DNA of 64,000 bases, from NCBI RefSeq assembly GCF_001194135.2, contig NC_068984.1:16524317-16588316 (forward strand), written 5' to 3'. The notes below the pieces were generated by a model. It was given only the letters and a program-made list of their open reading frames with translations, was not told where the DNA came from and did no database searches. Below, in pieces: positions 51,283 to 63,471 of the stretch. Source of the stretch: Octopus bimaculoides. Its lineage: Eukaryota. Positions within the stretch are counted from its first letter, which is position 1; each line of letters starts with the position of its first letter. The position numbers and the translations under genes are program-made.

Positions 51283-51589
51283 GAAAACTTTTGCACAAGG
51301 CCAGCAACTCTGGAGGAGGGGGTAAGTCGATTACATCGACAGGTGCTTATTTTATCAACCCCAAAAGGATAAAAGGCAAAGTCAACCTAAGTGGAATTTG
51401 AACCTTCTCTCATCATATTGCTGTCTGTCATATTGCTCCAGCATGGCCACAGTCAAATGACTGAAACAAGTAAAAGAGTAAAAAAACCAGTTTCATCTAT
51501 AAAATAATAAAAAGAAATTAATACTCATCACAGTCAATATAACAGCCATTTCTAAGAGGTCTTCTAGCAAACTACCTTGGCATCAGATG

Positions 51590-52560
51590 ACAGCATTTAT
51601 GTTAGAGACCATAATGGACATGTTGTGCAGCATCAAGATGGCTTCTCAGTTGTAGATGGAAGTTATGGCTATTATACAAAGAATGAAGAAGGATTAAGTT
51701 TCTCAAAGCTCTGTGTTGCAAGGGATTTAATCATTTACAGCACCAGTCCCAGAAAATTGGGCAACAACTTAATAACCTACCACTCAGGTGAATACATCTG
51801 ATAGACTTTGTATTCTTCAGGAAATTGGATAGCCAAGTGGTTGTGAATGGTAGATTTTTCTCAGTTGCTAGATGGGCTCAAAGAAACAAGAGAGATTGGA
51901 GAAGAAAAGCATGGAAGCTGATAGGTGCTTCTGCTACACTTAAGAACAAGGCAATATAGAGGAGGTGGAGGTGGAGAATTATGAAATAGAGAACAACTGG
52001 GGGTTTATATAAGACAATCTATTGTCAACTACAGAATAAACAGCTGGAGCAAGGTTCCAGTCAGGATAAGAGATAGGCGTAGAAAGAGAAATAGAAAGGG
52101 AGAGAGAGGGGATGAAAGAGAGAGAGAGCAAGAAGAGAAGCCAGATGCCAAGTTTTATTGAGCAAAAGAAGAAGCCACTTTCAAGAGATTTGACGATATT
52201 CTACACTGTAAGAATGAGAGGTGTGAAGAGATGTTCTGAATGACAAAGCAATGTATCAGTTGAATCAAGACATGGTGAAGAGTGTGAACGTAATCTCCTC
52301 ATTTATACTGAGAAGAAAGAGACAAGAAATATTATGAAGAGTACTTGTTGAACTCAGAGAATGTGTGGGGAAAAAAAAGGACCATCCTAAGTAGTCTCAA
52401 AAGTCCTAAGTAGTCCCAGCAGTTGAGGTTGACCACTATGCAGTTGAAAGAGCCGTTGAAGATATGAATGTAAGGAGAGCAGCAGTTTATCAAAAATAGT
52501 TGTTTGGCAAAGTGAGGCAGACCAGTCCATGAAATAGTGCTGAGAGATGTTATCCCCAAC
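51590..52560 (+). pseudogene. Degraded RTE LINE fragment
   Basis: GHVVQHQDGF..GSYGYYTKNEEG..LITYHSG (endonuclease end), followed by decayed linker-like sequence. Confidence 0.55.
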
Positions 52561-52948
52561 AAATAACATAGTGACAACCTCACCAACAGATACAAAAACA
52601 GAGGAAATGTTTTTGAAAGGAACAAATACAGAGATATAAATAGATGCCCAAATATGAAAATGGTAGAAAGTTATAATATAAGCTAAGTAGATTGGGAATT
52701 AACTGAGATGCTGTTTGAGTTTCTGCCAGAACAAAGAACCACCAATGCCCATTTTTTATGTTGACATCAATAGAAGTGCTTCGCTAATAGCAAACTACTT
52801 TATCTTGTATTTATTCATCTCGAGAAAGCCCTTTCACAGGATACCAAGCTTTTTGGTCTGATAGTCACAAGGAAAACTGGGCATCAATAAATAGTTTGTG
52901 CAAACCATGTGCAGGAAAATTGTCAGCAATGAGTTTAGTGAAGAATTT

Positions 52949-53550
52949 GGATCTATTTCAAGACGGGGGCACCAGTTTTCATTTATGTTTTATGTAGTGT
53001 TTTTGGTACCGAAAGACTTTCAAACTTCGTATACTTATCTATTTTGTGTTATAGAACAGAAAAAAATTTTTGTATTCGAATTTATTTCATGTAAAAAATT
53101 GTCTTATTTCGATAATTTCTACTAATCACTGACGTCTATTCAGTTGAAAACAGTTAGCGCTGTAACGGTGTATATCGTATTAATCCCCTAACCCTAACCC
53201 TAACTCTAGAATCCGAACTCTAAAATTGTTACACACATAGATACGCACAGCGTAATTTATTATATAAACAATATATGCGTATAAATTACGATTAAACCAG
53301 ATGAAATATGTCACAGGGAATAACATTTTTATGACCGCCCAGCAGTAACTCTATTCAGCTGAATAGACGTCAGTGATTGGTTGAAATTACAGAAATACGA
53401 CAATTTTAACATGGAATAACTTGCGATGTACGTTTTTTTGTTAAGAAGACTAAGAGTAAAAGATGTTTTATATGACACATTCTACCAGTGTCCCAAGTTT
53501 CAAAGTGTTTCGTTAAGAAAATACTGGTGCCCCCGTTTTGAAATAGATCC
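52949..53550. mobile_element. Non-autonomous DNA element, Merlin-like (GG termini, 8-bp TSD)
   Basis: 28-bp TIRs GGATCTATTTCAAGACGGGGGCACCAGT / ACTGGTGCCCCCGTTTTGAAATAGATCC; exact 8-bp TSD AAGAATTT (52941-48, 53551-58). The superfamily call is inferred from the termini only. Confidence 0.65.
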
Positions 53551-53929
53551 AAGAATTTAGGTAGATGTCTATCAGTGCTCAGTGCTAAGTCCTCGTTTGT
53601 TTATTCTAGTTCTGTCAATGACAGGAGAGTTTGAGGTTGGCTATTCATTGGAATATCTGAATGCCAACAACATAGTTCTCATAGCCAAAAATGTTAAAAA
53701 TTAAAAGAAAGGTTTCAAACATGGAAGCAGAATCTAGAATCTTGAGGATTAAAGATTGGCCTATCAAATATATTTTAGTTAAAAGGAATTAACTATCATC
53801 TGGGAAATGGTCATACTTGATATGGAGAAAAGAAATAAATAGAGACTATATACTGAGCACAGAATGAAAATATAGGTATACAAAAAGTCTAAGAGATTCC
53901 AGGCAGGTTGACAAAGAACTCCAGATGTA

Positions 53930-54816
53930 CGAGGTAGTATTAAAAAGTTCCTGGACAAGTTATGTGAAAATAAAAAAGAACTTATCTACTTAAGTTTTAT
54001 CATCATCTACTTTGAAATAGTCACCTAGTGAAGCAATACACCAGTCCCAGGTTCCTGCCATTTTTGAAATCCGACCTGGAAGTTGTTTACTGTAAGCAAG
54101 TCAAGGACGTTCTGCAGTTCACTCTGGACCTCAACAACAGTGTTAAAATGACGGCCTTTGAACTGCAATTTCATGTTGGGGAAGAGGTGAATGTCTGCAG
54201 ATGCTAAATTCGGTGAATAGGGTGGGTGCAGAAGCAATACCATGTTGTTTTTGGTGAGAAACTCATGAGTGAGGAGAGCTTGGTAACAGGGTGCATTGTT
54301 GTCATGAAGAATCCAATTCTTCACACTCCACAAATTCGGTTGCTTTCCCCAAATGTCCTCTCTCAAACACTTCAAAACATTATAGTAGAACTCTCAGTTG
54401 ATGGCGTGGCCCTGAGAGATGCTGAAAAAAAACAATAAGCATTCTCTTGAGTGAGCTACATACCTTTTGAAGCGCTCATGCCACCTGAAACATTGCATAC
54501 AACCCATTGCCTCATTGCCATAATTTTGCCAAAACATGCTCAGTGTCTCTGTAGCAGACTGCTTAAGTTTAACACCTTAACACCAAATTTCATATTGGCT
54601 CTTTGTTTCAACTTCCTGTCTATGACAAAAATCAGACTACAGCATACACATGATCACAAAAACACAAATTTCACAATTTGCGAGGTAAACACAATAATGT
54701 CACTCGGCACTCTGCCTCATGAAGGCCACTGCTAGTTCTCATTGTACACACAACCATGTGCTGCCATCTACTGGCACACTACAGAACCAGTCCAGGAACT
54801 TTTTGATACTACCTCA
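53930..54816 (-). mobile_element. Internally deleted mariner element
   Basis: TA-flanked TIRs (CGAGGTAGTATTAAAAAGTTCCTGGAC and its reverse complement). Minus-strand ORF 54025..54375 has WILHDNNAPCY..HPPYSPNLASADIHLFPNMK (mariner DD(34)D-like C-terminus). Confidence 0.85.
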
Positions 54817-56107
54817 TAACAGTAAAATCCTGAATCTAAGTAAACTGATAAGAGTTTGCATTTGCAACAATGTAAACCCTTGTTTCATCATTTAATTTCT
54901 CCATGAGTCGAGTGGGAAAATTTAACGTTTTAGACTAAAATCCATTCTCCATCAAAGGACATTAGGCCAAAACATCATCTCAACTCCTGACTGTGACTAC
55001 ACTCATTGACATCTACAAACTGTCTTGGATTATACAAATACACAGAAAAAGTTATTAGTAAGATCACCAATGAAATGGGAAATTTTCTTTTGCTTAACAG
55101 TTAACAGTTTGTTGCCTTGGTTATCAAACTGTGAGTGGAAGTGTTACAAAGATATTATGGCCATTTTTAGGTATAAATGGGAAAATTCAGGTAACTGTCA
55201 CAGCTATTGGCAAAAAAAGGGTTTCTTTCTCAGAATGAAGGTCAAACCGTGTGCAATTGTGCATGGTGGTAAGACTTAGGCACTGAAGACAAAGGGTTGG
55301 AAATAAAAGAGACAAGTACACTGCAACCGATGTGCAATGCTAACATACATGAATAAAGAGCACAGACAAACTGAAACAAAAACCAAAAATGAGTATTAGA
55401 GAAATCAGTAGTAGTGTGTGGGATACAAAAGTGTACTGGTGTGAAAGTGATATGTATGAAAGATGACAGATGAAAAAGTGTCAAGTGATGCAAATGGAAG
55501 GCACATACAAAAGAGAAAGCACCAAGGAATACACAAAAAAGTGATGAAAGTAGATCTCAGGATCCTGAACTTCACAAAGTAGGAGACAAGTGACTACAAG
55601 TGGTGATATGCTATGCTTGAAACAGGCCAGCCAACCTTTGCTGGCATGGCTAAAAACTAATGTAAAACAATGAGGATGATTTGTGCATATAGAAGTCTCT
55701 TAAAATAAAAGTTGTAATAATAAATAAGTTACATAAGAACCACCAGTCTCTGCAACTGTGCAGAAGTTCATGAGCACTGCCCTAACCTCTTTGAGTGAAT
55801 TCATTAAAAATGATATTGCAGTAAACTGTTTGGGAGGGATACTTAAGAATATTGTAATCATTTTGGAATTGGATTTTCTAAGTAGACTTCAAGTTTTGAT
55901 TATTTTGATAAAGTGGCTTCAAAACACGTCTGATGCTATTCAATCCATTGAATAGTCTTTTGTCAAAAATATTTCATTTGATTGAAAAACATGGGTAGCA
56001 AACACTGGTCTAATTATTTGATCCCATTTCAATGGATTGGAGCAATTAAAATTGGTACAAAAAGGATGAGGATTTTAAACTGTAATATCTATGTATATAT
56101 ATTACAA

Positions 56108-56395
56108 ACAATTGCAGCATGGAAGGTGTTTATAAGCCAGTTAAGAAACACACAAAAACCGTTAGATTCACTTCAACATTCAAATTTAATTTGCCAAAAT
56201 ATTTTCTTCGCTTTGAGACTGCGACCTGTTCACTGACAAAATTCCATGATGCAGTACGGAATTTTGTCAGTGAACAGGTCGCGGTCTCAAAGCAACAAAA
56301 ATATTTTGGCAAATTGAATTTAAATGTTGAAGTGAATCTAACGATATTTGTGTGTTTCTTAAATGGCTCATAAACACCTTCCATGCTGCAATTGT
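56108..56395. repeat. Long palindrome (arms of about 138 bp, 12-nt loop), probable fold-back MITE
   Basis: 56108..56245 pairs with 56258..56395 with few mismatches; partial further pairing extends to about 56079/56466. Confidence 0.8.
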
Positions 56396-56964
56396 TTTCG
56401 TTCCAGCACACGATCTCAGATCAGGTCGCTTACTATGCAAGTACATCTCCGTAATATACATTACAGAAGTACAGTAATCCCTCGACTATCGCAGGTGTTA
56501 CATTCCAAAATGCCTCATGGTAGGTGAAAATCTACAAAGCAAAAACAGTACTGTACTGCATATTTTTTTATTATTTTTATAATTCGTATATATTTATTTT
56601 ATTATAAATGCAAAACACCACCACAGAGGAATCAACGTAAGCTTAAATAATAAACCACAATATGGTGAGGGATTATAGTGAACTGTAAATAATTGACATG
56701 TCTTCTTGTCAATCTGATTGCTGAGTCAGGGAAGGATGAAAACAAGTAGTTCCAACCAACTAAAACGAAGCATCCTTTTTCTTTGAAGATATTGTTTACT
56801 TCTAATCTTTCTGTAGCATGTCTACATGAATTTGATAGATGGAAACTGTGTGGAAGCCCATTGTATAAATACATGTGTGTGTGTGTGTTTATAACTCTGC
56901 CATGCAGTTTGACATCCAGTGATGATTGTTTACATCACTGTAACTTAGCAGTTTGGTGAAAAAG

Positions 56965-57375
56965 ATCATCATCATCATTTAACGTCCGTTTTCCATGCTG
57001 GCATGGGTTGGATGGTTTGACTGAGGTCTGGAGAGCCAATGGCTGCACCAAGCTCCAATCTGATCTGGCAATGTTTCTACAGCTGGATGCCCTTCCTAAC
57101 AGCAACCACTCCGAAAGTGTAGTGGGTGCTTTTTACGTGCCACCGGCACAGGAGCCAGTCAGGCAGCCCTGGCATCGATCACATTCTGATAGTGCTTTTT
57201 ACGTGCCACCGGCATGGGAGCCAGCCTGGGGGCACTGACATCAGCCACATTCAGATGGTGCTTTATACGTGCCACCAGCATGGAAGCCAGTTGGGGGCAT
57301 TGACATCGACCACGTTCGAATGGTGCTTTTTATGTGCCACCAGCACGGGAGCCAGTCAGGGGGGCACTGGCAAAA
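56965..57375 (-). mobile_element. RTE-LINE 3' UTR with four internal tandem units of about 63 bp
   Basis: Repeated TTTACGTGCCACC.GCA.GG.AGCCAG blocks at about 57131, 57197, 57265 and 57330. Confidence 0.65.
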
Positions 57376-57545
57376 ATACCAAATGTAAAACACATAAGTA
57401 CTGGAGTCAACATGGTCACAGTCCAAAGGCTGAAACAAAAGATAAGAGATAAACGCTACTACTGTAAACTAAAATCCACTTCAGAGCAACACAGAACAAT
57501 CATGATTTGCTACATTTATGAATAAGAAAACAGAATTTTAAAGTT

Positions 57546-58415
57546 TTAAAGTTTCATTTTATTGAAAACTGTGGCTTCAGCTTCAGAAATTATGGTCTGT
57601 TTCTGTGGCTTAACTGAATACTTAACATTATTAACGTATTCAGAAAGTTGTTTGTCTTGGAGGAAGACGGCGACTAAAGCTTTATATAAAATAATTTTCT
57701 TTTCTTTTGCTATAGACAGAAGAGTAAAATGATAACTTGGCCACCAACTCTTTCGATCAGACCACACAGATTTTACCACAGAACTAAAGATGTCAGTGTC
57801 ATATGTTTGTGTAAGAGTCTCCAGTAAATTGGCTAACCTTGACCAAGGATCAACCATTGTCTTCCAGCAGCTATAGTCCAGTAAATCAAATAGATATTTC
57901 AGAACATCGTCGTAATTATCTGAAATCATATCACACAATGTTAACACCAATGGATCAGAAGGAACATACTTTACGAAATTCCTCAAGACTTTGACCTTTT
58001 TCTTTTCACATGCATTTGTTTGACAAAGAAAATCATAATAAAATTTATGAGAATTGGGATTTTCAGGATTAGATAAACAATAGTCTTTGAGTAATTTTTT
58101 AACAGCTTCAAAGTTTTCATTCACTTCAAGAGCTTGCCTTTCAGCCTTTATAAAAATATCTCTCACAGCAATATTTTCTTTCACTGCAGCTGATGAAAAG
58201 CATGAGAGCATTTTACACATATGTGCTTCAAGAGTGAAATTAATGGTTCCAGATTCAATTTCTGCAGCATCAGACTTCATCTTGGACTTTCTAGTATCAA
58301 ACCACTTAAGATACCAAATAAGACCTTGATAAGCAATAAAAAGTGCCTTATTGTAGGCAGCATTCCTTGACTCAGAAATCATTTGTCTTGAAGAAAGAGC
58401 AGCAGATTGTAATTC
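57546..58415 (-). CDS. TAF1A: TAF1A, coding exon 2 (C-terminal)
   Basis: Acceptor tttatAG|GAA at 58416 is in frame with the 278-aa ORF. Motifs IAYQGLIWYLKW, NPNSHKFYYDFL, LFDLLDY and WSDRKSWWPSYHF match recalled vertebrate TAF1A blocks (IQAYKGLLQYYTW, PNAHIYLYNFL, LFGVLDF, W.SRKNWWPGFHF). Joined protein is 481 aa. Confidence 0.82.
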   Translation of the reverse strand, partial: ELQSAALSSRQMISESRNAAYNKALFIAYQGLIWYLKWFDTRKSKMKSDAAEIESGTINFTLEAHMCKMLSCFSSAAVKENIAVRDIFIKAERQALEVNENFEAVKKLLKDYCLSNPENPNSHKFYYDFLCQTNACEKKKVKVLRNFVKYVPSDPLVLTLCDMISDNYDDVLKYLFDLLDYSCWKTMVDPWSRLANLLETLTQTYDTDIFSSVVKSVWSDRKSWWPSYHFTLLSIAKEKKIILYKALVAVFLQDKQLSEYVNNVKYSVKPQKQTIISEAEATVFNKMKL

Positions 58416-58599
58416 CTATAAAGGAAAAAGAAGAGACAAATTTATTATTAGTAACAAAAGACAATAAGACATCAGAATTTAGAATAGTAAATTCATATTC
58501 AAATGTTTGATATTTCTTTCTAGTCAAAATTTTAATTCATGCATGCATTATACCTGTCTTTAATATTGTTTTAGCAGGCTACAAAATATAATCATCATC

Positions 58600-59080
58600 A
58601 TTTACATTTGACGGATATTTATCCTCATTTTGTTTGTTGTTAACACGTTTCGGCTGATATACCCTCCAGCCTTCATCAGGTGTCTTAGGGAAATTTCGAA
58701 CCTGGGTTCTAATTCCTAAGGTATTTTTCGATGTTGTTATTCATCATCATCATCATCATCGTTTAACGTCCGCTTTCCATGCTAGCATGGGTTGGACGAT
58801 TTGACTGAAGACTGGTGAACCAGATGGCTACATCAGGCTCCAATCTGATTTGGCAGTGTTTCTACAGCTGGATGCCCTTCCTAACACCAACCACTCCGAG
58901 AGTGTAGTGGGTGCTTTTACGTGCAACCGGCACGAAGGCCAGTCAGGCGATACTGGCAACGCTTAAAATGGTGTATTTTACGTGCATTATTATTATAATA
59001 ATTATTATTATTCAGGTCACTGCCTGGAATCAAACTCGGAATCTTGGGGTTAGTAGCCCGCGCTCTTAACCACTACGCCC
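58600..59080 (-). mobile_element. tRNA-headed hammerhead SINE, interrupted by an RTE 3' fragment, in the TAF1A intron
   Basis: Head GGGCGTAGTGGTTAAGAGCGCGGGCTACTAACCCCAAGATTCCGAGTTTGATTCC at 59080..59026. Body and tail are near-identical to 12317..12575. An RTE tail is inserted at about 58741..58985 within the (AAT)n tract. Confidence 0.65.
58642..58684 (-). ncRNA. Hammerhead motif copy with cleavage-site deletion
   Basis: Same family. A 3-nt deletion turns GAAAC-GUU-GUGUU into GAAAC-GUG-UU, removing the NUH triplet and the stem I register. Confidence 0.5.
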
Positions 59081-59504
59081 TCATCATTTAATGTTCACTT
59101 TTGTTATGCTGGCATGGGTTGGACGATTTGATAGGATTCTGGTGAGCCACAAGCTGTGTTATGCTCCAATATCTGCTTTGGTATGGATTCTGTGGCTGGA
59201 TACCCTTTCTAAAACTAGCCACCACTTTATAATGTGTACTGGGTGCTTTTTTTGATGTCAGTGGCACTAGTAAGGCTTCCAAGTAACTTGCAAGACAGAA
59301 AGAGAACAGAGAAAAAAAGAGAAAGCCCCTATTACTAAGTGAATGGGGGGAGGATTTTAGAAGGGAAAGTGGTTTTATGCCAGATAGAAGGACAAGCACA
59401 GGTGTAACCTGGTATAACTACATAACTTTGTGAGAAATGCATATTCTTTAATGAAATTTTGCAGTAATATACTCTTGAAAATGTAGATTACAACTCTTAC
59501 TCTC

Positions 59505-59709
59505 TTGTACTCTTTCACTTGTTTCAGTCATTTGACTGTGGCCATGCTGGAGCACCGCCTTTAGTCGAGCAAATTGACCCCAGGACTTATTCTTTGTAAG
59601 CCTAGTACTTATTCTATCGTTCTCTTTTGTCGAACCGCTAAGTTACGGGGACGTAAACACACCAGCATCGGTTGTCAAGCGATGTTGGGGGACAAATACA
59701 TACACACAA

Positions 59710-59748
<39 letters not shown>

Positions 59749-60043
59749 NNNNNNNNNNNNNNNNNNNNNNNNNNNNNNNNNNNNNNNNNNNNNNNNNNNN
59801 NNNNNNNNNNNNNNNNNNNNNNNNNNNNNNNNNNNNNNNNNNNNNNNNNNNNNNNNNNNNNNNNNNATATACATATATGCAACGAGCTTCTTTCAGTTTC
59901 CATCTACCAAATCCACTCACAAGGCTTTGGTCGGCCCAAGGCTATAGTTGAAGACACTTGCCCAAGGTGCCACGCAGTGGGACTGAACCCGGAACCATGT
60001 GGTTAGTAAGCAAGCTACTTACCACACAGCCACTCCTGCGCCT
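59505..60043 (-). mobile_element. SINE family A in the TAF1A intron (spans an N gap)
   Basis: Reverse complement of the consensus; a second copy lies at about 60225..60600. Confidence 0.65.
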
Positions 60044-61834
60044 ATTAAAAGCCTTAGAGTGCTTTTAGTAAATTAGAAGAGGTACACCAAGGGAAGATGA
60101 AAGAGGCTAAATCAGCTTATGCTGATAAATTTAGGAAAAAATTGAGGGGTAAGGCTGAATCCTTTTTCATACACCCAACCCTGACTGTCAAAAAATTTCC
60201 ATAATTTAAGTGTCTTTTATCTTCTATTTGTTTCAGTCATTGGACTGTGGCCATGCTGGGGTAGTGTCTTGAAGGTTTTAGTCAAACAAATTGATCTCTA
60301 TACTTATTTTCCATTTTTTTTTTTAAGCCTGGTTCTTATTCTTTTAGTTTCTTTTGCCAAACTGCTAAGTTACAGGGCTTTAAACAAACGAACACCTGTT
60401 GGCAAGCAGTAGTGGGAAACATACACACATTTGCACAGACATAGATAGATGACAAGCTTCTTTCAGTTTCCATCTACCAAATCCACTCACAAGGCTTTGG
60501 CTGGCCCAGGGCTACAGTAGAAGACACTTGCCCAAGGTGCCATACAGTGGGACTGAACCTGAAACCATGAGAAGTAAGCTTCTTACCACATAGCCATCCC
60601 TGTGCATGAACTTATGTAATGGCAACCTTTAGATTGCCAATCAGGTGTAACCTATACTCTTAAAAGTCTACCTCTGCAAAATTTCTTTTAAAATATGCAC
60701 TTTTCAGAGAAATTAAAGGGGAATAAAGTTGAATGGAGGGTGCACCTATCTATAATTAGGTCTTTGACATTACAACAAATGATTAAACTGGATAGGTTTT
60801 CAATGTATAATCCTTAAATCCATTAGACAATAATGATTTTTTTCTTACTTCTCCCTTGATAACCCAAGGTAAGAGCAATTTTAAATTTGTGAAACTTTAG
60901 TTAATTTTCAAATAGATACATTTATGTCCAGAGTGGGATACAAACTTCAAAAAGGTTAATGTTTACAATATTACCCAGAAACGAAAACAAACAAAAATTG
61001 TGCAATGGGTGTAAAAAAAACTCAAACAAAAAATAATTTATGAATTTCTTTCTCTTTGAAAGTCCTCTCCCCACCCTATCGGAAAAGATTTTCCTCACAA
61101 ATCTCTTTATAACCATAATGTATGCCGTGTGAAAGGTATTTATATAAAATTTTATTAAAAGACATCAATTTCCCTCAAAGTTATGAAGGAAAAGCTCAGA
61201 TTTTGTGAATTTTCCGAAAGTCCTCTCCTCACCCCTCGGAAAAGATTTTCCCCACATATTTCTCAATAATCGTAATCTATGCGGTTTGAAAGGTATTTAT
61301 ATAAAATTTCTCTACCAAATTTGGTCCAAATGGACTATATGTAATCTGAACCTTTCCCCCCTTATTATTTTTTTTTGTTTTACGGAATCCCACGTTTTAG
61401 GCTATGGAGATTCCGACTCTGAAAAAAAATTTTCAAAAATCTCAATTTCAAAATTTCGACCCCCCTCCCCCCGGTTTTNNNNNNNNNNNNNNNNNNNNNN
61501 NNNNNNNNNTGAATTTTCCGAAAGTCCTCTCCTCACCCCTCGGAAAAGATTTTCCCCACATATTTCTCAATAATCGTAATCTATGCGGTTTGAAAGGTAT
61601 TTATATAAAATTTTATTAAAAGACATCAATTTCCCTCAAAGTTATGAAGGAAAAGCTCAGATTTTGTGAATTTTCCGAAAGTCCTCTCCCCACACCCAAA
61701 CCCCCGGTTAGTTTGCGCGCATTTTTGTTTTCATATTCGCTTCATACACATTCATACACGTTGCACTATTTTGTTTTGTTTTTGTGTGTGTGTTTTCGTT
61801 TCCGGGTAATATTGTAAACATTAACCAAAAATTG

Positions 61835-62195
61835 TGGCTGTGTGTTAAGTAGCTTGCTTACCAACCACACGGTTCCGGGTTCAGTCCCACTGCATAGCAC
61901 CTTGGACAAGCGTCTTCAACTATAGCCTCGGGCCGACCAAAGCTTTGCGAGTGGATTTGGTAGACGGAACTGAAAGAAGCCCGTCGTATATATATGTGTG
62001 TGTGTGTGTTTTGTCCCCCCTCCCCCACCATTGCTTGACAACCAATATTGGTATGTTCACGTCCCCGTAATCTCAACGGTTCGGCAAAAGAAGCCGATAG
62101 AATAAGTACTAGGTTTACAAAGAATTGAGGTCGATTTGTTCGACTAAAGGCGGTGTTCCAGCATGGCCGCAGTCAAATGAATGAAAAGAATAAAA
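61835..62195 (+). mobile_element. SINE family A in the TAF1A intron
   Basis: Same consensus blocks. Confidence 0.65.
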
Positions 62196-62895
62196 GAATA
62201 CCAAAGAGTTTGTATTGTAACCATGATATTAGTAGGGGTGGGGCAGGAATCATGATACGACGAGTTCAACAGTTGAAAACTTTCAGGTAGTATAATTTTG
62301 GAGAATCGTAGTAAGATAAATTCCACTGCTTGTTATTGCGAAAAGATTGAGGAAACAAATTAATTATGGAATGCGTTGGAAATGGGTAAAAGAATGTTTT
62401 AAATAGATTCATCTTAAAAATAGAATTTTTAAAATGAATTTCATGAACCAGTCATCATGAGATGATACTAATAAGAAAAATACAGAATTTAATTGATAAG
62501 AACGAGGGTAGAATTTTGAAATAGCTGTCCATCGAAGTCCCATACATCATGAAATAGGGAAGATATAGATATATATATATAAATTATAGGTCCAGATGGA
62601 GTAGATTACATATACTCTGGACCAAATTATATATTATACATACGTATGTAATCCTGTGTTTTAAACAATGGAAAAATTACGATCCAGAATACATTTTTTT
62701 TACCTCCCAAAATTTTCAAGCTTTTACATTTTTGTCCCACCCTCTAGCTTGCCTCTGACTTCCGTAACTTTTCTCTTTCCCATGAGGCAAGGGACTTCGG
62801 GGGACAACAATTTCAAAATTCTGGCAAAATTACGTTACGTGTAACAAAGGTAGTATAATAAAAGTATCAGAAATGAATAATGAACAAATAATTAC

Positions 62896-63471
62896 TTGAA
62901 TAGCTTCATCGATGTTATTGCTTTGCAGTTGATACCACAATTGTTCAAGTTGGATATCCCTGTGTGTTACCTCTGATCTACGGAACATGCAGAATAACTT
63001 CACCATTCGCTCGATACAATTCAATCGGTCTTTCACCGGGTTAGAATATAGGAGTTCGAAGCCAAGTTTCCACGCAGAACGTTTCAAATCACAAGTCGTC
63101 TCCTGGTGAGAAATACTTAGTATCTGAGCTAACTCATACCAACGGTGCATCAATAAACATTCACGCAAAAGAAACTCTAGTTTTTGTGGAACACCTCGAG
63201 TATTTTTCTCGTAAGATAAATTGTTTTTTTTAGCCAGCTCACACCAAATGTTTTCCAGCCATTGAAATTCCTCGTCGGTTGATACATCTTCATCTATAGT
63301 TGAAAGGAAATTATTATAACCTTCCGTGTCATGTAAAATAATTGATAATATTTTCTTCATCCGCCTCAAATGAACTTTGATCGCAACATCTGTATCATCG
63401 CATAAACTATCATCACTTCTGTCACTTAAATTACTTTCTGAATCATCGTCGGATTGTAGCCTTTCGGCCAT
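62896..63471 (-). CDS. TAF1A: TATA-binding protein-associated factor RNA polymerase I subunit A (TAFI48), coding exon 1
   Basis: ATG at 63471 (MAERLQSDDDSES...), 576 nt open, donor caa|GTAATT at 62895 (phase 0). Contains LRECLLMHRWYELAQIL and AWKLGFELL, reminiscent of the TAF1A N-terminal region. The ATG used as start is inferred. Confidence 0.75.

Noticed and set aside
61100-61690. Repeated unit of about 170 bp (GAATTTTCCGAAAGTCCTCTCC..)
   Set aside because: The near-identical copies flank an N gap, so they are likely an assembly overlap or part of a larger repeat; not CRISPR-like (no unique spacers).
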